A stretch of 64,000 nucleotides of DNA from Bacteroidales bacterium (lineage in GTDB: Bacteria; Bacteroidota; Bacteroidia; Bacteroidales; JACABE01), in contig JBBRCQ010000002.1 in NCBI GenBank assembly GCA_038204725.1, positions 50,846 through 114,845 on the forward strand, read 5' to 3'. Shown here one piece after another: positions 9,359 to 19,845 of the stretch. Position numbers and translations under genes: made by a program. A model generated the notes under the pieces. That model was not told where the DNA came from. It saw nothing but the letters and a program-made list of their open reading frames with translations, and did not search any database. How positions within the stretch are numbered: the first letter of the stretch is position 1; every line of letters starts with the position of its first letter.

Positions 9359-10816
9359 ATGAATTTTATTTTAATACTCACATTTTATACCCTGCTTTAT
9401 TTTTTCTTATCATGGAAAGTGTGGAAGCAAACTAAAGAATATGTCCTTCAATTTGGATTGTTTTTTTTATTTTATTGGACTTTATTAGGTGCCTGGGTTT
9501 TTACTATAGATGCTTTAACAGGCTTTAATGGAGCTAAAATTGGCTTATCTTATTATTATATTTCAGAAAAATTATTTCCTTTCAAATTAGATCATAATTA
9601 TTTATTGGCAATTAATTATTTGGGACTTTTTTTACTTTTAATTCCATCTTTCCTTTTGGTTTTTATGAAACGATCCAACAAATCGCTTAAAAAACTTCAA
9701 ACTGAAATTAAAGGACAAATTAAAACTGTATATATAAATCATTATATTTTGATTTTAATTGGCTTAATATCAATTATATTTAGCTTTTTTTTAATTTATA
9801 AAGAAATATTTTTAGCAATTAATAAAGGATTGTCTATTTATACCATAACTCGAAGTTTACCAAATAAATGGTATACATTACATCAACTTTTAAATCAAGT
9901 TTCAGTAGTCTCCTTATATATTGGGTTAACAATTCTGCTTTCTCAAAAAACCGGAAAATTTATCAAAGGAAATGATCATTTGATTATTAAATGGTTATAT
10001 TTAATTTCTTTTGTTATTATTGTTTTTTATTTAATGATTTTAGGGAATCGGAGAGAATTATTGTTTGCCGGTATATTATCAATAAGTTTATTTTGGTTGA
10101 ATAATAATAAAAAGATACATTTTCCTAATTTAAGTATTCTCTTTATTGCTTTTTTTGTTCCAATGTTTTTAAATCATTATTTCCGAAGAATGGCTACTCC
10201 AATGTTGCTGAATATCGTTCGTTTTTTTGGAGTTTCTTTCGATCATACGGTTATCATTTTACCTATGGATGACGTTCAGTTAGGTGGTATGTTTTCATCT
10301 TTGTTTTTATCGAATGAAATGTTTTTTGCTCATTTTTCAATGTATGGAATTTTATTGTTTAATCTTCCTTTTTCTTATGGTGGAAGTTTTGTAAATCTGA
10401 TTTCTTCAATAATCCCTAGAGCTATATATCCTTATAGACCTGAAACTGCTTATGATTTATATGTTTCCGGAGTTCATGCCGTTGGTGGACAGGGTTATAC
10501 GATAAATCATGCAGCTGCTTGGTATATTAACTTTGGCGTGTTGGGTATAATCATTGGTGCATTAATCCTTGGATATCTGATGTTTTATTTACTGAAGAAA
10601 CAAAACAAAATCGGTTATTTTAAATCTGATTTTAAAAATTTGTTTTTTTTATTAGCTTTTACTTCACTTATTGCATTTATTCCTTCAATTATTAGAAGCG
10701 GACCCGAAGTTTATAAGTCAGTTTTATTTGAAGCATTATTATTGCCATGTTGTACAATTTTTTTAGCTACATTATCTTATAAAAAAATAAAACATATCTT
10801 TAAAAGTAAGGGTTAA
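9359..10816 (+). CDS. Oligosaccharide repeat-unit polymerase-like membrane protein (Wzy-type)
   Basis: 485 aa with more than 10 predicted TM segments. Starts 2 nt after the flippase gene, in glycan-locus context. Confidence 0.5.
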   Translation: MNFILILTFYTLLYFFLSWKVWKQTKEYVLQFGLFFLFYWTLLGAWVFTIDALTGFNGAKIGLSYYYISEKLFPFKLDHNYLLAINYLGLFLLLIPSFLLVFMKRSNKSLKKLQTEIKGQIKTVYINHYILILIGLISIIFSFFLIYKEIFLAINKGLSIYTITRSLPNKWYTLHQLLNQVSVVSLYIGLTILLSQKTGKFIKGNDHLIIKWLYLISFVIIVFYLMILGNRRELLFAGILSISLFWLNNNKKIHFPNLSILFIAFFVPMFLNHYFRRMATPMLLNIVRFFGVSFDHTVIILPMDDVQLGGMFSSLFLSNEMFFAHFSMYGILLFNLPFSYGGSFVNLISSIIPRAIYPYRPETAYDLYVSGVHAVGGQGYTINHAAAWYINFGVLGIIIGALILGYLMFYLLKKQNKIGYFKSDFKNLFFLLAFTSLIAFIPSIIRSGPEVYKSVLFEALLLPCCTIFLATLSYKKIKHIFKSKG

Positions 10817-10817
10817 A

Positions 10818-11762
10818 ATGATGACTATTTTCATAACAGGCGCAGGAGGTTTTATCGGCAAACATTTGCTTAAAGAGCTTCATTTATTGAATGTTAAGCT
10901 GTTTTTGTTAATCAGAGAAAATGATAGTATACCTGCTTTTCAGTATGCTAATATCGAATGGATTAAGGGTGATTTAATCAATCCTGCCAGCTATCGTGAA
11001 TTTCTGAAAAAATCTGACGTAGTCATCCACATGGCTGCCGAATTGTATAATCCAAAGTATTTTATGGAAACAAATGTTGAAGCGGTTGATCTTATGATCA
11101 ATGAAATTAATGCTTCTTCAGTTAAAAGAGTTATTCATCTGAGCAGTGTTGGCGTTGTGGGGATGCAACATAGTTCCAAAAAAATCATAGTGAATGAAGT
11201 ATCGGCATGTTTTCCGAAAAATGAATATGAAAGAACCAAATTGATTTCCGAAAAATTATGGAAAGAAAAATTAATAAACAAAGATCTTGTAATTATAAGA
11301 CCCACCAATGTTTTTGGAGAAGAACATCCCCGAAAACACCTGAAAAATATTATTGAACATATTACCCATAAAAAATATTTTTTATGTTCAGCACATTCGA
11401 TGGTCAATTATGTATATGCAGGTGATATTGCATCATCCATTGCATTTTTTCTTGTAAATACTGAATTGAATGAAACCTATAATGTAGGTGAAAGCATCTC
11501 AATGCATCAGTTTGTAGCTATCATCAGAAAACATACAGCCTCTCAGTGTAAAATAATATTTATACCTGAAATGTTTTTTCGATTATTAAATGCATTTAAG
11601 TTTCTGTTTCCTTCAGAATTATTCAGTAAACTAATTTCGTTGAACAATAAGGTAGTTTATTCAGATGAAAAATTGAAAAAACTTCATCAATATACTTACG
11701 GTATTGAAACCGGATTAAAAAATACCTGTGATTATTATTTAGAACCTCGAAATCATGCTTAG
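10818..11762 (+). CDS. NAD-dependent epimerase/dehydratase (SDR family)
   Basis: 314 aa. Rossmann motif FITGAGGFIGKHL at the N-terminus. Confidence 0.8.
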   Translation: MMTIFITGAGGFIGKHLLKELHLLNVKLFLLIRENDSIPAFQYANIEWIKGDLINPASYREFLKKSDVVIHMAAELYNPKYFMETNVEAVDLMINEINASSVKRVIHLSSVGVVGMQHSSKKIIVNEVSACFPKNEYERTKLISEKLWKEKLINKDLVIIRPTNVFGEEHPRKHLKNIIEHITHKKYFLCSAHSMVNYVYAGDIASSIAFFLVNTELNETYNVGESISMHQFVAIIRKHTASQCKIIFIPEMFFRLLNAFKFLFPSELFSKLISLNNKVVYSDEKLKKLHQYTYGIETGLKNTCDYYLEPRNHA

Positions 11763-12834
11763 AATTTGTTTTTTAGCCGATGGGCAAAGTATTCATACAC
11801 AAAGGTGGTGCGATTATTTCAGCGGGCAAGGGCATGAAATACATCTGATAACTTTCCGTAAATCGGAAATCAAATCAGCAACTGTCCATTTTATTGATGT
11901 TGGAGGAATAAATGTTTCAGGAGGTAACTGGAAAACATTGTTGAGTGTTCCCAAAATCAAAAAAATATTGCAGCAAATTAAACCTGATATTTTACACGCC
12001 CATTATGCTACCAGCTATGGCATTGCCGGGGTTTTATGCAATTTTAAACCTTATATCATCACTACTTTAGGTTCTGATATTTTATTGAGCCCTCAAAATT
12101 CAATCATCATCCGGACTTTGTTGAAATTTGTCTTCAGAAAAGCTGTATGGATTACAGCTATGGCAGAACACATGAAAACTGTTATTATTGCTTTAGGAGC
12201 TGATGCATCCAAAGTATCGGTGGTTCCATTTGGAATTGATCCCATTGTTTTTAATGCAAATAACAGGCAATTGCCTGATGATAAATTTGTAATAACAAGC
12301 ACCAGAAATTTTGAGGATGTATATAACATTCCACATTTATTGAAAGCAGTATCTCTGATAAAAGATCAAATTCCCAATGTGAAGTTAAATTTGATCGGGG
12401 AGGGTTCGCAACGAAAAAAGATAGAACAAATGGTTATTGACCTAAATTTGAGCAATTGTACAACTTTTTACGGAAAAATCCCACAACCTCAGATTGCCGC
12501 ATTATTAAATCAATCCCATTTATTTATTAGTGTATCTTTGTCCGATGGAAACAACATTTCATTAAACGAAGCGATGGCATGTGGAACACTTTGTATTACA
12601 ACAGATATACCTGCTAATACTCAATGGATCACTGACAACGAAAATGGATTTTTAGTGAAAATTAACGATGTGAAAAGTTTAGCTGAAAAAATACTTCTTT
12701 CATACCATGATTATGATAAAATTCAGGCAATTGCTTCAGCAATAAACTTTGATATCATCGAAAAGCGAGCGATCTGGTCAAAAAATATGAAAATGGTTGA
12801 AGTTAAATATTTATCCATTTTACAAAAAACATAA
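11755..12834 (+). CDS. Glycosyltransferase family 4 (GT-B fold)
   Basis: 359 aa. The C-terminal half carries the typical GT4 signature (SLSDGNNISLNEAMACGTLCITTDIPANTQWI...GFLV). Confidence 0.75.
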   Translation: MLRICFLADGQSIHTQRWCDYFSGQGHEIHLITFRKSEIKSATVHFIDVGGINVSGGNWKTLLSVPKIKKILQQIKPDILHAHYATSYGIAGVLCNFKPYIITTLGSDILLSPQNSIIIRTLLKFVFRKAVWITAMAEHMKTVIIALGADASKVSVVPFGIDPIVFNANNRQLPDDKFVITSTRNFEDVYNIPHLLKAVSLIKDQIPNVKLNLIGEGSQRKKIEQMVIDLNLSNCTTFYGKIPQPQIAALLNQSHLFISVSLSDGNNISLNEAMACGTLCITTDIPANTQWITDNENGFLVKINDVKSLAEKILLSYHDYDKIQAIASAINFDIIEKRAIWSKNMKMVEVKYLSILQKT

Positions 12835-12919
12835 TACAACAATATTGTAAAATGGTTTTGCAATAGTTTTTAAATTAATATGAATGTAGCACTCTCAATC
12901 TGTTTTAAAAGAATATAAG

Positions 12920-13456
12920 ATGATTAAACCCAAAATTATACTGATAGGTGCCGGTGGTCATGGAAAAGTGCTTGTAGATGCAATTTTGTTGCAGGGAAAA
13001 TATGAAATTGCCGGCTTTGTTGATTCCACAATTGCAGTAGATACTGAAATATACAGAAATTATAAAGTGATTCTTTCACAAAACGAATTGAATAAAATAA
13101 GCAATTGTGCTGATTTTTTTATAGTTGCAATTGGAAACAATTCAATCCGTGAAAAACTATTTATTGAAGCCGGAAAATATATAAAACCCGCTATTATTAT
13201 TCATCCTTCTGCAATAATTGGTTCAGATGTTTCCATTGGAGACGGAACTGTGATTTTAATAAATTCAGTGATCAACAGCTGCAGCCGGATTGGGAAAAAT
13301 ACGATCGTTAATTCAGGTGTTATTATTGATCATGAATGCCAAATCGGAAATAATGTTCACCTTTCAATAGGTACGCTTGTTGGAAGCAATACTATGATTG
13401 AAAACAGCTTAACCACAACTATTGGACAACATATTCAGTCGTTTTCAAAAATCTAA
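12920..13456 (+). CDS. Sugar O-acyltransferase, NeuD/PglB/VioB hexapeptide-repeat family
   Basis: 178 aa. N-terminal ILIGAGGHGKV, then left-handed beta-helix hexapeptide repeats (IGDGTVILINSVINSCSRIGKNTIVNSGVII). Confidence 0.75.
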   Translation: MIKPKIILIGAGGHGKVLVDAILLQGKYEIAGFVDSTIAVDTEIYRNYKVILSQNELNKISNCADFFIVAIGNNSIREKLFIEAGKYIKPAIIIHPSAIIGSDVSIGDGTVILINSVINSCSRIGKNTIVNSGVIIDHECQIGNNVHLSIGTLVGSNTMIENSLTTTIGQHIQSFSKI

Positions 13457-13558
13457 AATGGAATATTTTTTCGACACAACAAAGGCAAGAGAAACTTTAC
13501 AATTCTAATAAAAATCTGTAAATAAAAATAGGATTCAATTAAATAATTAAATATACAG

Positions 13559-14572
13559 ATGAAAGTTAGCATTGTTATTCCCTGTAGAAATGAAGCACAG
13601 TATATTGGTGCATGTTTACTATCTATTGTAAAAAACGATTTTGATAAAAATGAACTTACAGTCCTGGTTTGTGATGGATTAAGTACTGATAATACCGTTG
13701 CAATCATCCATGAATTTGCATTAAAATATAATTATATTCATTGTATTGAAAATGCTAAAAAAACAACTCCTTTTGCATTGAATCTGGGTATCATCCAATC
13801 AATGAATTCAGACTTCATTATGATTTTAGGCGCTCATTCTGAATTGTCAGAAAATTATCTTACAGGAATATTAAAAACATTTGAACAACATCCGGATGCT
13901 GCATGTGTAGGGGGATATACCAATAATATCTATGAAAACGATAAAGCACTTTCTATTGGAAAAGCGATGTCTTCAAAGTTTGGTGTAGGAAATGCTCATT
14001 TTAGACTGGGAAATAAAAGTGGCTGGGTTGATACTGTTGCTTTTGGTACTTACAGACGAGTAGTTTTTCAAAATATCGGACTTTTTGATGAAGATTTAGC
14101 CCGTAACCAGGATGATGAATTCAGTTACAGAATGCAAAAAAATGGTTTGAAAATATATTTAAACAGTAATTGTTTGATTAATTATTATGTTAGATCATCC
14201 TATAAAAAATTATTCAGTCAGTATTATCAGTATGGTTTATGGAAAGTATATGTAAATAAAAAGCATAAAGCTGTTACTTCTGTTAGGCAAATTGTACCTT
14301 TTTTACTTGTTGGGTATACCGTTTTAGCAACAATTTTATCTTTTATTTTTCCTGAAGTTTTACCCTTTGCCGTTGGATGTTTATTGGTTTATTTTATAAC
14401 GGCATTCATGCTTGCATTTATCAATGGGGATAAATTAAAAGAAAAATCTGGTATTTTCTGGAGCTATTTATTATTGCACTATGGTTATGGTTTAGGTTAC
14501 CTATTTGGTATCATCAAATTTGTGATTTTGCGAATGCAACCCAATAAAAAGGATGAAGTTCTGACACGATAA
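13559..14572 (+). CDS. Glycosyltransferase family 2 with C-terminal TM segments
   Basis: 337 aa starting MKVSIVIPCRNEAQYI, with a DxD-like region (CDGLSTD) and QDDEFSYR. Confidence 0.8.
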   Translation: MKVSIVIPCRNEAQYIGACLLSIVKNDFDKNELTVLVCDGLSTDNTVAIIHEFALKYNYIHCIENAKKTTPFALNLGIIQSMNSDFIMILGAHSELSENYLTGILKTFEQHPDAACVGGYTNNIYENDKALSIGKAMSSKFGVGNAHFRLGNKSGWVDTVAFGTYRRVVFQNIGLFDEDLARNQDDEFSYRMQKNGLKIYLNSNCLINYYVRSSYKKLFSQYYQYGLWKVYVNKKHKAVTSVRQIVPFLLVGYTVLATILSFIFPEVLPFAVGCLLVYFITAFMLAFINGDKLKEKSGIFWSYLLLHYGYGLGYLFGIIKFVILRMQPNKKDEVLTR

Positions 14573-14707
14573 TATTGATTTTTATTTCTTATTTAAATTT
14601 GTATGGATATAAAATATTAATTTTAAAGATTTATTGAATTTAAAATGTAAACATAAAATTCTAATATATATAATAGAAAAACTCAAAAACAACTTAAATT
14701 AAATAGA

Positions 14708-16252
14708 ATGTTTCAATTAAAGAAAATCTGGGAAGAAAAAACATTGCTTTGTATTTTAACTATTGCATTTGCAGCAAGGTTAATAGCTGTGTTTTTTGCC
14801 AAAGGTTTTGGGATGCATGATGATCATTTTTTAGTGATAGAAGCAGCCCAATCATGGGTAGATGGAAGTGATTATAACAATTGGTTACCCTGGACACCCG
14901 GCAATACAGGTCCTTCAGGTCATAGCTTTTTTTATGTTGGGATACATTATGTCTTATTTACAATCATTAAATGGCTGCAAATTGAGGATCCTCAATCAAA
15001 AATGATTGTGATCAGGCTGGTGCATGCTGTATGGTCATTATTGGTAGTATATTTCGGATATAAAATTGTTGAAATAGCTGCCAATAAAAAGGTTGCCATT
15101 CAGGCAGGCTTGCTTTTGGCTTTGTGTTGGTTCTTCCCATGGATAAGTGTAAGAAATCTTCCGGAAGTAGCTTCTATCCCTTTTCTGATATGGGCAGTCT
15201 GGTTAATTTATAAAAAACAAAACATCAATGCCTTTGCCAGGGAATATTTATGGGCGGGAATTTTGTTCGGTCTAGCCTTTTCAATGCGTTTTCAAACTGC
15301 ATTGTTTATTTCAGGAATAGGATTGGTTATGTTGATTCGTTGGCAATGGAAACCAATTTTGTTGCTGGTTTCAGGCTTTTTGATTTCCATCTTTATATTT
15401 GAAGGATTGGTAGATTGGATTTTATGGGGTACTCCTTTTTCCGAAATGTTGGTTTATATTCAGTATAATATCGACCATTCAAATGATTATATTGTCACAG
15501 CCTGGTATACTTATTTATTATTAATAGGAGGAATACTGATACCTCCCGTCAGCTTGTTTCTGTTTGTCGGTTTCTTAAAAAGCTGGAAAAAATATTTATT
15601 ATTGTTTCTGCCAGCATTTATTTTTCTTGTTTTTCATAGTACATTTCCAAACAAACAGGAACGATTTATACTGACAATTATACCCTTTTTTATAATAGCC
15701 GGTATTTTAGGCTGGAATTTAATTATTAATAATTCTGATTTCTGGAAAAAAAGAAAAAAAACGTTGAAAGTTTGCTGGATCATATTCTGGGTGCTGAATT
15801 TTATTTTAATGCCATTTATATCTACACATTATTCTAAAAAATCGAGGGTGGAGTCTATGGTGTATTTGTCGCATTACAAAAACATAAAATATATACTTAC
15901 AGAAAATACAAATGCAGGCGATACTAAATTGTTGCCTGAGTTTTATTTAGGACAGTGGATACATACTTTCGATATCAGTCAAAGCTATTCTCTTGATTCG
16001 TTAAAAGGATTGTTGAACAATTCAAGATATGAAGATGTATTGCCGAGATTTTTTATTTTTGAAGAATCAAAAAATATAGGTGAAAGGGTTCACAATGTGA
16101 AGCGTTATTTTCCAAATATTGAATATGAAACTACAATATATCCCGGTTTTGTTGATAATTTGCTGTATCGTTTAAATCCTATCAATGCGAATCAAATACT
16201 CATTATATACAGAAATAAAGATTTTTATCCGCAAAAGTTGCAAATAAAATAA
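14708..16252 (+). CDS. GT-C fold mannosyltransferase-like membrane protein (GT22/PMT_2-like)
   Basis: 514 aa, multi-TM. The first-loop acidic motif GFGMHDDHFLVIE resembles the HPDE motif of GT22-type enzymes. Confidence 0.5.
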   Translation: MFQLKKIWEEKTLLCILTIAFAARLIAVFFAKGFGMHDDHFLVIEAAQSWVDGSDYNNWLPWTPGNTGPSGHSFFYVGIHYVLFTIIKWLQIEDPQSKMIVIRLVHAVWSLLVVYFGYKIVEIAANKKVAIQAGLLLALCWFFPWISVRNLPEVASIPFLIWAVWLIYKKQNINAFAREYLWAGILFGLAFSMRFQTALFISGIGLVMLIRWQWKPILLLVSGFLISIFIFEGLVDWILWGTPFSEMLVYIQYNIDHSNDYIVTAWYTYLLLIGGILIPPVSLFLFVGFLKSWKKYLLLFLPAFIFLVFHSTFPNKQERFILTIIPFFIIAGILGWNLIINNSDFWKKRKKTLKVCWIIFWVLNFILMPFISTHYSKKSRVESMVYLSHYKNIKYILTENTNAGDTKLLPEFYLGQWIHTFDISQSYSLDSLKGLLNNSRYEDVLPRFFIFEESKNIGERVHNVKRYFPNIEYETTIYPGFVDNLLYRLNPINANQILIIYRNKDFYPQKLQIK

Positions 16253-16255
16253 CAA

Positions 16256-17527
16256 ATGGAAAGATTGAAATCTCAATTAAAATTATTGAATTATTACGTA
16301 TTGTTGCTGTTGTTTTTCTTTGTGCCGTTATCAAAACAGATAACAGTATTGCTATTAATATTGTTGATGATAAATACTCTTATAACAGCAGATTACCGCT
16401 CAACATTCAGAGATTGTAAGAAAAATCCTAAAAATGCCGCAATATTGTTTTTTTCGTTGTTATATGTATTGTATCTTTTCGGATTGATCAACACTTTTAA
16501 TTTCGACTATGCATTCTTTGATCTGGAGGTTAAATTTTCTTTGTTGATGTTACCCGTAATTTTCTTTTTAATAAAGGATATTTTTTTTACTAAAGATTTA
16601 CTTTTAAAATACTTAAGGTTCTTCATAGCAGGTATATTAACAAATGTAGTAATTTGTTTATTGATTGCATGTTATAAATATCTTTTTATTTCACCCTCTT
16701 TGGACGCGTTTTTTTACAGTCCACTAAGTTTCTTTTTTCATCCTTCTTATTTTTCGATGTATTTAAATTTTGCTGTCATCATTATACTCTTTGCTTCATT
16801 TTCTGACATCATTTTATTTAATCATAAAAAATATATTACCGTCATTTTGCTCATCGTTTTTTCATTCGTAATATTTTTATTGAGTTCAAAAGCAGGTATC
16901 ATAAGTCTGATCCTTATTTATTTGATATATGTATTGGTAATTGTCATCACACAAAAGCGATACAAATCAGGATTGTTAATATTAACGCTATTGTTTTTGG
17001 CTGCTGTCATATTATTAACTACAATGCCATCAGTAAAACTCCGACTTAGTGTAGGTCTTGCTGCTTTTAAAAATAACAATAAAGGCATTACCACGAATGG
17101 CGAAAGTAGTTCCGACAGGATTCATATCTGGGGTGCATCATTGGACATCATTAAATTGCATCCTGTTTTTGGTGTGGGTACAGGCGATGTGAAAGATGTT
17201 TTGTTGGATAAATATAAGGAAAAAGAAATAAATTTTGCCTATCAACAAAAATTAAATGCCCATAATCAATACCTTCAAACATATATAGCTATTGGATTAC
17301 TTGGTTTTATTTTGCTGTTGCTGAGCTTTATTATCCCAATCATTTATTCATTCAGACACCGGTATTATTTGTATTTATTGTTTCTGTTGCTGTTAATGTT
17401 TAATCTGTTAGTTGAATCTATGTTTGAAAATCAGGCAGGTGTTGTTTTTTATGCGTTTATGAATTCTTTTCTTTTTATTATAGCCACTAAGACACAAAGA
17501 CACAAAGACACAATGAAAATAAAATAA
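16256..17527 (+). CDS. O-antigen ligase/Wzy_C-domain membrane protein
   Basis: 423 aa, multi-TM. AHNQYLQTYIAIGLLG-type motif in the periplasmic loop region. The last codons (TKTQRHKDTMKIK) are encoded by an octamer repeat. Confidence 0.6.
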   Translation: MERLKSQLKLLNYYVLLLLFFFVPLSKQITVLLLILLMINTLITADYRSTFRDCKKNPKNAAILFFSLLYVLYLFGLINTFNFDYAFFDLEVKFSLLMLPVIFFLIKDIFFTKDLLLKYLRFFIAGILTNVVICLLIACYKYLFISPSLDAFFYSPLSFFFHPSYFSMYLNFAVIIILFASFSDIILFNHKKYITVILLIVFSFVIFLLSSKAGIISLILIYLIYVLVIVITQKRYKSGLLILTLLFLAAVILLTTMPSVKLRLSVGLAAFKNNNKGITTNGESSSDRIHIWGASLDIIKLHPVFGVGTGDVKDVLLDKYKEKEINFAYQQKLNAHNQYLQTYIAIGLLGFILLLLSFIIPIIYSFRHRYYLYLLFLLLLMFNLLVESMFENQAGVVFYAFMNSFLFIIATKTQRHKDTMKIK

Positions 17528-17535
17528 AATAAAAT
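17491..17535. repeat. GACACAAA x2.75 (17491-17512) followed by (AAAAT)x4 (17516-17535) spanning the stop codon
   Basis: Direct reading of the sequence. The stop TAA at 17525-17527 lies inside the pentamer run. Confidence 0.9.
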
Positions 17536-17562
17536 AATTTAGAAAATTATCTATAAATATAA

Positions 17563-17590
17563 CACTTCGACTTTGCTTAGTGTTCAGTGA
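17563..17590. repeat. Single copy of the CACTTCGACT-N2-GCT-N-AGTG dispersed motif
   Basis: CACTTCGACTTTGCTTAGTGTTCAGTGA. Related to the 24-mer at 59323-59418 and to 63295-63315. Confidence 0.7.
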
Positions 17591-17597
17591 TTTTTTT

Positions 17598-17628
17598 GTC
17601 TTCTGTCTTCGGACTTTGGTCTTTCGAC
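17598..17628. repeat. Heptamer array GTCTTCT GTCTTCG GACTTTG GTCTTTC GAC
   Basis: Direct reading. Period 7, 4.4 units. Confidence 0.85.
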
Positions 17629-17702
17629 ATAAACTCCAATTTTCAACAAATATCGGTTGATAAAAAATGATAATTATTTTATTAACTCCGGTTCGCTTTC
17701 AT

Positions 17703-17710
17703 TACTTTTG
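17703..17710 (+). promoter_or_regulatory. Candidate -7 box TACTTTTG upstream of parE
   Basis: Matches TAnnTTTG, 16 nt upstream of the ATG at 17726. Confidence 0.4.
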
Positions 17711-17725
17711 TGCAAAATTTAAAAA

Positions 17726-19558
17726 ATGGTTGCAGAATATACCGAAGACAGTATTCGGTCATTGGAATGGCATGAGCACATCAGGTTGCGTCCCGGTATG
17801 TATATTGGGAAGTTGGGTGATGGAGCATCGCAGGATGATGGTATTTACGTACTTGTAAAAGAAATTGTAGATAACGCCATCGATGAGTTTGTGATGGGTT
17901 ATGGCAGAACCGTTGAAATTACGATTCAGGAACAGAAAGTAACCGTTAGAGATTATGGTCGTGGTATGCCTTTGGGTAAAGTTATTGACTGTGTTTCAAA
18001 GATCAATACAGGTGCAAAATACGACTCAAAAGTTTTTCAAAAAGCAGTGGGACTGAATGGGGTAGGAACCAAAGCAGTAAATGCACTTACTTCTTATTTT
18101 AAGGTTCAAGCCATTCGTGAAGGAAAAACTAAAATAGTGGAGTTCAGCAAAGGTGTATTGACAATAAATTCTGAAATTCAACCTTGTGAACAACGAAACG
18201 GCACCATCATTACTTTTATACCGGATGCTGAAATTTTCGGCAATTATCATTTTATAGATGAATACCTTGATAAATTGCTCTGGAATTATGCTTATCTTAA
18301 TAATGGACTTACCATTAATTTTAACGGTAATAAATTTTTTGCAAAAAACGGATTGCTCGATTTATTAGAAAGCAATATCAATGGATCCACAACTTATCCC
18401 ATCATTCATATTAAGGAAGACGATCTCGAATTTGCATTCTCGCACAGTACTACTCAATATATTGAAGAATATTTTTCGTTTGTAAACGGACAACATACCA
18501 CACAAGGTGGAACCCATCAAGCGGCATTTCGTGAAGCACTTGTGAAAACCATCCGTGAGTTTTATAAAAAAGATTTTGATCCCAGCGATATCAGGAGTTC
18601 CATTGTTGTAGCTCTGAGTTTTAAGATTCAGGAACCCGTTTTTGAGTCGCAGACTAAAACCAAATTAGGTTCTATGTATATTGAACCCAATGGAACAACG
18701 GTGCGTAATTACATCATGGATATTGTAAAGCGCAACCTTGATAATTTTTTGCATATCAATTCAGAAACTGCAGAATTGTTATTGCGAAAAATCATGCAAT
18801 CAGAAAAAGAGCGCAAAGACATGGCCAATATCAAAAAAGCGGCCCGTGAAAGTGTGAAAAAAGTAAGTTTACACAATAAAAAACTGAGAGATTGCCGTGT
18901 CCATTACGATAGCAATGATGAACGCCGTTTGGAAACTACATTATTCATTACTGAAGGTGATTCAGCGAGTGGTTCTATTACCAAATCAAGAGATGTCAAT
19001 TGTCAGGCTGTTTTTAGTTTAAAAGGGAAGCCTTTAAATTGTTATGGCATGACCAAGAAGATTGTGTATGAAAATGAAGAATTTAATTTGTTACAGGCTG
19101 CATTGAATATTGATGAAGATATTGAAAATCTAAGATATAATAATATAGTAGTAGCTACCGATGCCGATGTAGATGGGATGCACATCCGTTTATTGTTGCT
19201 TACATTTTTCCTTCAGTTTTTCCCGGATTTGGTAAAATTGGGACATTTATATATTCTGCAGACACCTTTGTTCAGGGTAAGGAACAAACAAAAAACGATT
19301 TATTGCTATTCCGAAGAAGAACGCATCAATGCTTTAGCACAGTTAGGTGTAAATCCTGAAATTACGCGATTTAAAGGTCTTGGAGAAATATCTCCTGATG
19401 AATTTCGCCATTTTATTGGTCAGAATATACGCTTAGAACCGGTAATTCTTAAAAAAGATGCATCCATTAAAAGTATATTAGAGTTTTATATGGGTAAAAA
19501 TACACCCGATCGCCAGGCATTTATCATCGAAAACCTGCGCGTTGAAATTGAAGCATAA
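17726..19558 (+). CDS. parE: DNA topoisomerase IV subunit B (type IIA topoisomerase ATPase subunit)
   Basis: 610 aa with [16 protein letters not shown], the GHKL ATPase motif [12 protein letters not shown] and the TOPRIM motif [12 protein letters not shown]. Length and N-terminus fit the Bacteroidota ParE type rather than GyrB. Confidence 0.8.
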   Translation: MVAEYTEDSIRSLEWHEHIRLRPGMYIGKLGDGASQDDGIYVLVKEIVDNAIDEFVMGYGRTVEITIQEQKVTVRDYGRGMPLGKVIDCVSKINTGAKYDSKVFQKAVGLNGVGTKAVNALTSYFKVQAIREGKTKIVEFSKGVLTINSEIQPCEQRNGTIITFIPDAEIFGNYHFIDEYLDKLLWNYAYLNNGLTINFNGNKFFAKNGLLDLLESNINGSTTYPIIHIKEDDLEFAFSHSTTQYIEEYFSFVNGQHTTQGGTHQAAFREALVKTIREFYKKDFDPSDIRSSIVVALSFKIQEPVFESQTKTKLGSMYIEPNGTTVRNYIMDIVKRNLDNFLHINSETAELLLRKIMQSEKERKDMANIKKAARESVKKVSLHNKKLRDCRVHYDSNDERRLETTLFITEGDSASGSITKSRDVNCQAVFSLKGKPLNCYGMTKKIVYENEEFNLLQAALNIDEDIENLRYNNIVVATDADVDGMHIRLLLLTFFLQFFPDLVKLGHLYILQTPLFRVRNKQKTIYCYSEEERINALAQLGVNPEITRFKGLGEISPDEFRHFIGQNIRLEPVILKKDASIKSILEFYMGKNTPDRQAFIIENLRVEIEA

Positions 19559-19845
19559 TACCGTAAACTTTTTTCAGCCTACCGATAACTGATTTACCAA
19601 TTATTCTTTACCACATAAAAGCTATTTTTGTCTGTTATTTTTGAAGAAATAAAGAGAATATTCTTCTTATAAGATAAATTAATAAAAAAAATGACCGATT
19701 ATTTAAAAAAAAAGATAACTTTGCAATGTATTATATTGATAGAAGTATACTTTTAATAGTTTTGTTATCAAACAATTAGTCAATATTTTTGTTATATATA
19801 AAGTGATAATATCGTAATATTTTTTATTTTAAACATTTATATTTT

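Noticed and set aside
17667-17858. Track ORF 17667..17858 overlapping the parE start
   Set aside because: It is out of frame with parE and has no motifs. The parE N-terminus and a TAnnTTTG box at 17703-17710 account for the region.
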